A stretch of 64,000 nt of DNA from Utricularia gibba (lineage: Eukaryota; Plantae; Magnoliophyta), in the NCBI GenBank assembly GCA_002189035.1, contig CM007989.1, positions 8,370,001-8,434,000 on the forward strand, given 5' to 3'. Positions 12,824 to 21,698 of the stretch are shown here, piece after piece. The notes beneath the pieces are model-generated. The model was not told the DNA's origin. It made no database searches and was given only the letters and a program-made list of their open reading frames with translations. The position numbers and the translations under genes are program-made. The stretch's first letter is position 1. Each line of letters opens with the position of its first letter.

Positions 12824-14533
12824 TGTGGGCGTAGGATACGAACGAGTTCCGTATACCAAAACTCAGAAACGAATTCTTAGATGCAGTGTCGCAATTAAGA
12901 ATATCAAAAACAGAGATACCCCTCCTCAGAAGTTGACAAGAAACAACACTTGAACAAGAAACTTAGAAGATCAAGTCCCCAATCACAGAAAGCAAGGTAA
13001 TTGTTACGACTAGGTTCGCAAGGCACCTGAAATTTGAGATCTGCTCACCAATAATCGAATTCTTTACATTATCTTTCCAAAAAGGATAAAGACACGAAAT
13101 TTAGCGAGAGGAATGATTGGCAAGATTGTAAGGGGCAAAGGGGTTCAAACCAGGGCCAAAAGCACGAAGATTGTTTATGAGTCTCACAAGGAACGACGAA
13201 GGAAACCGAAAACGAGAAGAAATTATCATGATTGACAACCTAAGCCTTCAAATAAGGGGAAATTCCGGAACTCGAAACGTAGAAGACCTGAACTCAATTA
13301 GGAGGTTGCATGGAGGGGGGGAGGAATCCTCAGAAACCCTAGAGAGAGAGAACGTCGGGAAAAAAATGTCTTGTGAGCAGGGAAAGCTCCCTTTTACCGG
13401 ATATAAAAAAAAAAGAAGAAAATGAAATCCGCACGAGCGGACGGTCGTGTTACGCACGTGCCGTTGTTTCCGGGCTTCCTCGTGTTCATCTTGCTCTTGA
13501 ACCCTTCTCCTCCGGCGAAAAAAGCTCACTGTGTGCGTATGCATGATGCTGGAGAGAGAGACGCGCCGAGGGGACCTCCAATTTTCTTGCAATGAGGCTT
13601 CTTTACCGCTGGACTCTCATTTTCTTTGTTCGTCTGTCTTATCGGTCTTTCTTGAGCTCAAATTTGTTTCAATCAAATCTACGCCCACTCTGGGTACGTA
13701 ATTTTAGGTTTTTTTTTGTCGAAAATTGGTAATTGTCAAAATCATGGGATTCTGGGATTCAAGCTTATTGTTTGACATACATGTGCGACTCTAGTGCTGC
13801 ATTTTGCTTGGGCTTGGGCAATTTCCAAGCTTCTCTACTATTCTTAGTTTGTGGGGTATCAAAAGCGAATTTTTTGGAATGATAATGTTCAAAGTGAGCA
13901 TGAGATTCGATCAATTTCCGATATTGCTGAGCAGGATGATGGTGTGAGTCTGCTGTTGCATTGGGTTCTTGAGAATTAAAAAATATATATACATCGCATT
14001 TACTAGCGTTTACCTGCAATTGAGAATGTTCATCTGATTTTACTCATGCTGATATGGAATCGTAGTCCTGTTGCTTGCAATCTCCGTAGGAATTTTTTTT
14101 TTTTTTTTGCACGTGGGAGTCCGTGTGCTAGCTTTCTTTCCATTTAGCGTATTGGGGAACATATAGTGGGTTGATTTCTGTCAGTTTTTATGTTGTTGAC
14201 CAAATTGCGGTGACTGTTGCCAGAGAATATTTTTTTACATCCTCGGCATAATTCCTCTCAGTATTATGTTTAGACTTGCTGTTGCTTGATTTGGAGGATA
14301 TGGAGATCTGTTGATTTCTGCATCTTATTATGCTTGGTCTAAGCCACAATGGGAAGCTTCAGCATTAATTTTCAGCAGTGGAGTGCGTTTCCTTTGTGCA
14401 TCCTACTGCTCTATAGGCTAGTCAGAGTCCTGATGCTATGCTAACTGAACCAAAGCGGACGTTCTGTGTGTAGTTTGGTTGGCATATATATGACATGAGA
14501 TTCGAAATTTGTGTTGAAATGATTATTTTTCAG

Positions 14534-15240
14534 GTCAAGCTTTTGTCAACTTTAGGACAACAATGGCTCACTCTGATGGCGTTCTTCTTCTTCAGTGGAG
14601 GCCTGAGGATGCGACCCTTGTGGATGGAAAGAAGTGAAATGTGATTCGAAGACCATTGGGAAAGTATGCGTATCTAACTCCAGGTAGGGGATTTTATGCT
14701 ACAGAACCCATTTACGGGTGTTCTGATGCACAGAACTGAGAAAATATACAGAAAAGCTGAAGGAGAACGAGGATCGTGTGTTTTTTGTGAAGTTTCCTTT
14801 TACTTCAATCTATCTTAGTGACCTTCACTAAGAAAAAAGTCGAATTTTTTAGAGTACATGCGGAGTCGGAGAGCTACAGAGAAGAGTGATGTTTACAGTT
14901 TTGGTGTTTTGGTTCTTGAAACTGTAAGCAGGAAACGGCCAATTGACGCATCCTTCATCAAGAAGGGATTTTTTTATATTGTTGCATGGTTATGCCCTTC
15001 GTTTTCCCTGCCGTCTGGTTAGACAATTGGTGATTCGATTTTAACTTCTCATCTTGCAGCTTGAACACTCTGACTGCTGAAAACAGTCAGCGAGAAATCC
15101 TTGATCCACTCTGTGAAGGAGTTGAGACAGAGAGCCTTGACGCCCTATTATCGATAGCTATCCAGTGTGTTTTTAGTGCTCCACAAGATCGTCCCACAAT
15201 GAGCAGAGTGATGGCCTCATACCATCGTTTCTTGCCATAA
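14534..15240 (+). pseudogene. Truncated remnant of a FEI1/FEI2-like LRR receptor kinase (kinase C-lobe only)
   Basis: Spliced fragments YLTP|[39 protein letters not shown] and REILDPLCEGVETESLDALLSIAIQCVFSAPQDRPTMSRV. No N-lobe, HRD, DFG, LRR or TM exons are present. An in-frame TGA lies at ~14636. Confidence 0.8.
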
Positions 15241-15779
15241 CGTGGCTCAAGTGAAGCAAGCCGCCATCTTTTCTGAAGCTCTTTTCTTCGTTCTTGCAGC
15301 AAGGAAAAGGTATAGGATTAATGGGAGTTGCGAATCCTCCGTTGACGGACCCGGGGTGCTTTCTTCCCTTTGTTGCTATATGTGCTTCAATGCATGGGAA
15401 CTCAATATTCTCAAGGCATTGGCACCCTCCCTTCTTGCTCTTTCACTCTCCCTTCATTGGGTAGCTTGCCCGTTTGGTAGCCTGCATGTAATTGTTCAAG
15501 GAATGGACATGTAAGCTTCGTCTACAAATGAAGATTCGGTGTTCATCTGTCAGATTTATGCATAGAAATTGATTTGTTGAAGTGTAATGAGAAACCACAG
15601 TGCAAAAATAAGGGAACTTGTCTGAACCAAGGCGCCATAGCAAGAAAACTGTACTCAAAAGAAGCAAAGACAAACAGCGTGTGTTTGTTTTGGTTCCCAT
15701 ATATATAAGTAGATGTTCCCGCATTTTTCCTAAACCCCAGCCTTTCCGATTTGCAGCCGCCGTCGCGAGTGTGGAGAAG

Positions 15780-17279
15780 ATGGGGGAGGAGAAAAGGCTA
15801 CTGGCGTTGGGATTCGAAGGTTCTGCCAACAAAATCGGCGTGGGGGTAGTTGCCCTGGACGGTACCATTCTTTCTAATCCACGCCACACGTACATCACTC
15901 CGCCGGGGCAGGGTTTCCTCCCCCGGGAAACCGCTCAGCACCACCTTCAGCACGTGCTTCCCCTCGTTAAATTGGCGTTGGAGGAGGCAAAGATTACGCC
16001 GGAAGACGTCGATTGTCTGTGCTACACCAAGGGGCCCGGCATGGGCGCCCCTCTTCAAGTAAGTTATCTATGAAGTTTTCATTTTTTGGGTCTTCGCACT
16101 TCAGTTTTTAGAAGGTCGGAGGTTTGCGATTCATGAGTGCTTTACGCTGCTCTGCTGAGGTCATAAGTGGTGACTTTCATCGTTCCTGACCTTTCATGGA
16201 ATTTCAGAAGACAACTAAGCTTGATTTTGGGTCTGCGCTTTGGATTTTAGATTAAAAGATTAGTATCCAGAGCAACATACCATTTGATCCCATGGATAAA
16301 CAGCGCAAGATTCGATCTTTGATCGCTAATGTGTGGTCTTCCCTCCCTCCCAGGTATCGGCCATAGTTGTTCGTGTCTTATCTCAACTTTGGAAGAAGCC
16401 CATCATTGGAGTCAATCACTGTGTGGCGCACATTGAGATGGGGAGAATCGTCACGGGGGCCGATGATCCCGTTGTGTTGTATGTCAGTGGAGGGAACACC
16501 CAGGTGATTGCTTACAGTGAGGGCCGGTACCGTATTTTCGGTGAAACCATAGACATTGCAGTGGGGAATTGCCTGGACAGATTTGCAAGAGTTCTCATGT
16601 TGTCTAATGATCCCAGTCCTGGCTACAACATCGAGCAGGTAATGATATCACTGCCCTTCATTTTGTTTCTGGCAAACAAGTTACCTGAATTTACCACCAT
16701 TTGAGGTTGTCATTTGTTTCGTTTAGCTCGCGAAGAAAGGCGAAAAGTTCATCGATCTTCCGTATGCTGTCAAAGGAATGGATGTGTCCTTTAGCGGTAT
16801 TCTGAGCTACATTGAAGCCACAGCGCAAGAGAAGCTTGAAAACAATGAATGCACCCCTGCAGATCTGTGTTACTCACTACAGGTGGGGTTCTGCATCTTC
16901 TTTCACCTCGACCTTTTTACATCCCTTGGTTAACTGAGACGAGTATCCGCAGGAGACGTTGTTTGCTATGCTGGTTGAAATCACTGAAAGGGCAATGGCG
17001 CACTGTGACAAGAAGGATGTGCTGATTGTTGGCGGCGTGGGATGCAATGAGCGATTGCAGGCGATGATGCGGATCATGTGCGGCGAGCGCGGTGGCAACC
17101 TATACGCCACTGATGACCGGTACTGCGTCGACAATGGCGCCATGATTGCTTACACAGGGCTACTGGAATACGCTCATGGGTCATCCACCCCATTTGAGGA
17201 ATCTACATTCACTCAACGGTTCAGAACTGATGAAGTGTTGGCAGTATGGAAGGGAAAGGAGGGGAGCTCTGAGAGGTGA
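15780..17279 (+). CDS. KAE1: tRNA N6-adenosine threonylcarbamoyltransferase (KEOPS Kae1/OSGEP), 4 exons
   Basis: [15 protein letters not shown]...HHLQH...KGPGMG...[13 protein letters not shown]...VSGGNT...[13 protein letters not shown]...GGVGCNERL...CVDNGAMIA...[10 protein letters not shown]. Confidence 0.97.
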
Positions 17280-18494
17280 AGAAGTCCAGACTGCACTCTG
17301 CCATCGAACTTCATCATGTGTGTGTTACAGCATTCGCTCGTCTTCCAAGTTTATCTTTAAATTGGGTGTATGGGCTTCAAATTTAGAATTGACGTGGCTT
17401 TCAGTATCGCCATTCTTCGAACTCAAAGTTACGATTTTTGACGGAGGCAGCGGCCCACGTTTGGCAAGCCCAGTTGTGATGGCTGAAGTAAATGGTATAG
17501 TGGGCCGGGTCATCTACTCCCTAGGTCTATATAACCGGGCCAATTTCTCCTCCCCCGTCGTGCTGCCATCGGAGATCCGCGGACTTGCTGCAGTGCCGGC
17601 TTCTATTCTCTGTAATTTCTTTTCTCCACACTTTATGATGCTCTATGCGTTTTATGTAGTTGTTACCTGGGTTCTTTTCGAGAACTCGTATGGCTGGATT
17701 TTAGATCGTGGTTACGATGGGAAAATTTACAGGACTTTGTCTTCTCTTAAAGAAAAAAAACAACTTAAAACAGTCCTTATGACTGAAGAGTGCTGCAAGT
17801 TTGATTCTTTTTTTTTTTTTTTTGCTCTTTTGTTGTTTCAGAACGAATGTTGCGGAGGAGTTAAACACTGTGTTCCACGTTTGGTCTCCGATATTGTGGA
17901 ACTCTTCATATTTATTATCTTGTTAAGAGTTGTTTTTCCATCCCTTTTTTTAATGTTCGTATTTATTCGCTTGTATGTTTTTCTTAGACGAACAAAGCTA
18001 CTATTCTACTTACTTAGTGGGGGCTGATTTTTTCGTTGTTTATTCGTCTTTAGGGAATCGTACCTTTTTTTTCTGTTGGTGCATTTAAATACCGCGTTTC
18101 GGAAGCACAGAGAAGAGGAGGTCCAGAAAAAGGTACTGCTTTGCCTTGGCTTTACGATTATGGTATGTTCTGTTGAATTCACTGGCAAATGGAGCAGTTT
18201 TAGTATCTTCACTGCTGATATATGCAGCGGGCAGAGGATTAAAGTGCACGATTATTCCAATAGTTTTTAGAATCCTTTCAAGCTGAAAATACATCAGGAT
18301 CAAAAGCTTTTGTGATCCTTCCGAAGGTTGGTCTGTGTCTCTCATATGGCCTTGAATGTTTATCGGGAGGTGTGATTCCCTGTGGGAGATGAGGTGGAAA
18401 CTAGCGAACAACGTTGTTCATTTACAATTTTTTTGTTGAATTTCTCGGCTTGTGATTCTTCAACTGCTCACCCATTTTATTTTTTATTTTAGGG

Positions 18495-19175
18495 ATGAGA
18501 CGCGCTGCCGCCGCAGTAAACTTGGCTCCCGCCGATAGGAAGGTGCTCGAAACGATCATAAAAAGGGCCTCTTCCGGCATCACCAAAGATGATATCAGAC
18601 AAGAAGCCGATTTACCCATGCTTTCAATCACCAAGGCTCTTAGAACCTTGACAACCCGTAAGTTGATCAAGAAGATTTCAGCCAACAGCGTGAGCAGGGG
18701 CAATGAAATATACATGGGGGTGGATTTTGAGCCTCCGCCGGAAGTTGAGGGAGGAGGAGGATTGTTTAGTGACGGGAAGCTCGATCTCGAGACTGTGAAG
18801 GAGTTAAGGGAGGTTTGCGTGAAGATTGTAAGAAAACAGAAGGTCTCCACAGCTGATTCAGTGCACGAGTTTATAGCTAAAAGTTCATTTAAAGTGTCTG
18901 TGGAGCAAATTGCGGATGTGCTGATGTCCCTGTTCATTGATAAAACTCTAATGGAGTTTAAGAGTACCGGGTTGGGTGAGTGTAGCGAGATCCCGGCAGG
19001 GACGACGTGCTACAGACTGGGGCCCCCGTCGGCAGCTACCGGAGGCGTTAGGCTGGGTGGGTATGCTTCGATCCCCTGCGGTGCTTGCCCAAGGATCAGC
19101 CTGTGTTCACCGCAGGGCCGGATCTCCCCAAGTACGTGTGTCTATTACACCAAGTGGTTGGATCTTAAGTTTTGA
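18495..19175 (+). CDS. RPC6: RNA polymerase III subunit RPC6/C34 with C-terminal Fe-S cysteine motif
   Basis: 226-aa ORF with a winged-helix-like region and C-terminal IPCGACPRISLCSPQGRISPSTCVYYTKWLD. Confidence 0.9.
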   Translation: MRRAAAAVNLAPADRKVLETIIKRASSGITKDDIRQEADLPMLSITKALRTLTTRKLIKKISANSVSRGNEIYMGVDFEPPPEVEGGGGLFSDGKLDLETVKELREVCVKIVRKQKVSTADSVHEFIAKSSFKVSVEQIADVLMSLFIDKTLMEFKSTGLGECSEIPAGTTCYRLGPPSAATGGVRLGGYASIPCGACPRISLCSPQGRISPSTCVYYTKWLDLKF

Positions 19176-19757
19176 ATGTACATTGAGTGAGATTGCTTTT
19201 TTGAAATACGTTTTGCACATTCTGGTTCCCCACTTGGTTGAAACTTGATGGAGTTTGAGTACGAGCCATGAAGTAACCTGCTGATTACGCAAAGCCAGAA
19301 CATGCATTTTGCATATTCAAAGGAGAGTCGATAACAGCAAGAATGCTTCTTGCAACCCTGGAACTGCCATTATTTTGGTTGGTTGGTTCACATGCATGTA
19401 TGTGAGCAATTCCCCAAATCTACACCCTCAAAACATCAGCTTCAAATCCAGGTTGATTGCGGTTGAAGAGGTGAAGAGAGGCACAATATCTATCCAACTA
19501 CTACTGCTACACGCTAGATCAATAGGTGATACCAGAGATCCCCCCTCGTCATGGTAATTCGCTTGCGGCTCGGGGGAAGGCGAAGGGAAACCCGATTCCG
19601 ATCGACCAGAAAAGCAACAATTAGTGCGGTTCCGGTGATCCCCCCCTGCGGCCTGCTTCTGCGCTTATTCTTTGGGCTTATCCTCTGCGGTTATTCTTCT
19701 TTCAGGTAGCATCCGGATCGGGCCTCAGGCCCAGTAACTCTGAATAAGTATGGCCCA

Positions 19758-19945
19758 ATATTGTACGAGGTAGCAGCCTAGCCCATGTCATGGTGTACTG
19801 GAGGCAAGGCAAGGCTAGAAAGAAAGTATGGTGCAGTACAGATTGCAATTTGCAGGCACAGAGAATATTGTACGATGCAGCAGCCCAGGCCATGTCATGG
19901 TGTACTTGGATGCGAGGCAGGAAAGTGTGGTGCAGTACAGATTAG
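19758..19945. repeat. Imperfect tandem duplication, period ~107 bp, each unit with 3 GTAC cores
   Basis: AATATTGTACGA...GCAGCC...CCATGTCATGGTGTACT...GGTGCAGTACAGATT occurs at ~19758 and again at ~19864. Confidence 0.92.
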
Positions 19946-20102
19946 CATCACAGACAGGATGGATGTGAGCGAAGGCGAAGCAAGCGAGCATGTAATGTAG
20001 TAGTAGTAGTAGTCGTAGTACGTACCAGAGGTGTACTACCTACCCCAGCTGCTGTACTGCACCCGCCTGGTTCAGTTCATCACCTCACCTCCTCCATATA
20101 AG
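19763..20102 (+). promoter_or_regulatory. MIR398 promoter: 10 GTAC (SBP/SPL7 copper-response) cores and a TATA-like ATATAAG
   Basis: GTAC at 19763, 19795, 19836, 19870, 19902, 19935, 20018, 20022, 20033 and 20054; ATATAAG at 20096-20102. Confidence 0.8.
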
Positions 20103-20139
20103 TAACTGAATCTTGGGGCCGAGGTGGGCGTTGTGACTC

Positions 20140-20240
20140 CGAGGCGAGGTATCTGAGGGGGTGAGCATGGGAACATATAAGAAGAACCCAGCCAGCTCTT
20201 CTTCTTGCATGTTCTCAGGTCGCCCCTGCCAGCTCCCTCC
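20140..20240 (+). ncRNA. MIR398: MIR398 precursor hairpin; predicted mature 20208-20228 CAUGUUCUCAGGUCGCCCCUG
   Basis: 19 of 21 nt match canonical UGUGUUCUCAGGUCGCCCCUG. The 5' arm GAGGGGGTGAGCATGGGAACATATAAGAAG pairs with the mature arm and with the CTTCTT above it. The promoter is GTAC-rich. Confidence 0.93.
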
Positions 20241-20497
20241 TCTTCCACCCACCCACTACATTCAAGCACTGCCAATCACCTCTTCTTTTTTGCTGTTGCC
20301 CATTTTTTCGGAAGTGGGTGCAATGTGTGATTACCTTGAAATGTGTACTCCCATGGTAATTATCAACTAGTAATAAAAAATATCATGAGAGGGGAGGGGG
20401 TGTAATTTTACATTTTTATTGAGTGTGTTTGTGTAATTTATCAAAATATGCAGGGGACGCTTTCAAAAAGCAACGCTTTGATATTTCGTGGGTGATC

Positions 20498-21094
20498 TCA
20501 CTGAGCTCTGGTGGTGCAACGGGGGTAAACGGTGGAGCCGTTGATTGGCAAACGCAGCTCACAGTCCAGGCTCAGCCTCAGTGTTACGGGCGATATGACC
20601 CCGGCTGACCACCGCGTCCTGGTAGTGCCAGTCACCTCCACCACCACAATCCCTTGCCTCAGCTCACCGCTAAGCACTTCCGATTCTCGTGGATCCAGGG
20701 GAATCGGCGAAGATTGAACCACGTAGTTCAGCTGCAACGTTCGGTTCGCCGGGATTACGAAAGGTACGGCGGCTAATCGCGCGATTGTCCTGCCGTAGAA
20801 GATGAGGTTAAATGTTGTGCTGTAGAAGTTCGCAATCGCTCTGTGGTTGTCGTTCCTTGCTACGAGAATGATGGAGACTTGGATTGTAAGCAATCCAGAC
20901 TGGTCGAAATAGATGTTGTCGAGTTGGGACTGGGTGATGCTCATCTGGGGGACTCTAGGTTTTACGACTAGGTAAACGACGAAGATGGCGACGCCGGCGA
21001 TGATCACGGCGACGGTGATGACCGCGCAGATGATGGCAACGCACCATATGAGGGGGTTTGTGCGGCGGCGGGGACCGAGAACGGGTTTCGGCAT
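20498..21094 (-). CDS. LEA_2 / NDR1-HIN1-like membrane protein
   Basis: 198-aa intronless ORF with an N-terminal TM (TNPLIWCVAIICAVITVAVII), KPRVP, ARNDNHRA and a C-terminal Cys pair. Confidence 0.9.
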   Translation of the reverse strand: MPKPVLGPRRRTNPLIWCVAIICAVITVAVIIAGVAIFVVYLVVKPRVPQMSITQSQLDNIYFDQSGLLTIQVSIILVARNDNHRAIANFYSTTFNLIFYGRTIARLAAVPFVIPANRTLQLNYVVQSSPIPLDPRESEVLSGELRQGIVVVEVTGTTRTRWSAGVISPVTLRLSLDCELRLPINGSTVYPRCTTRAQ

Positions 21095-21698
21095 TGGATG
21101 ATTCAGGGCAGAAGAAGAACATCAGGGAGGATGAAACGAGGCGGTTGTGCTTTATCTCTGGATTGGAGATGGAGATAGATTTTGAGGTAATGGGAGGAGA
21201 TGGTTTTCGTATCTTCCTTCCCTTGGCAGAAAGTCTTCTTTATGATTCCCAGATAGTGAAGAAACTTGAGTATCACATCTGCAACCGCCAGTCAAGTTTC
21301 TGTTTTAGCTCTCAGACAACTTTTCATGGATTCTTCTCTCTTCTGTGATTGAACAACATCAACTAGTTCACTTGCATTGTGACCTTACTATACACAACTA
21401 TCAGGGAAACCTAAATTGAAGAAGCAAATTTCGCCAGATCACTTAAAAATGTGAACTTTATTAGCATGGAGGAACCATGGTGGATGGAGGCATATGGTTG
21501 CCAAGAAATGTAGCCCTTGTTGTCTTAATCCGCGTGATGAAATGCAATCAAGCAATGCACTTAAAATTGCCAAAGCCCAGGGCTTGATTCGGCGCCATGA
21601 AAAACTGAAAGTAGAAGTATCTTTCTAGTTACTCTGTTGGTTCGAGCGTTGGTTACAGAATTGCAAGACATGTTGCGAGAGCGAAGGTGCTGCTGGTG

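Noticed and set aside
17146-18027. 293-aa ORF spanning the KAE1 3' end and RPC6 promoter
   Set aside because: It runs through UTR, promoter and T-rich intron sequence, has low-complexity hydrophobic composition and shows no domain.
20228-20498. LEA_2/NHL gene as a cis-natural antisense regulator of MIR398
   Set aside because: AATAAA-like signals on both strands (~20372 plus, ~20419 minus) suggest the 3' ends merely abut and the antisense RNA does not reach the hairpin.
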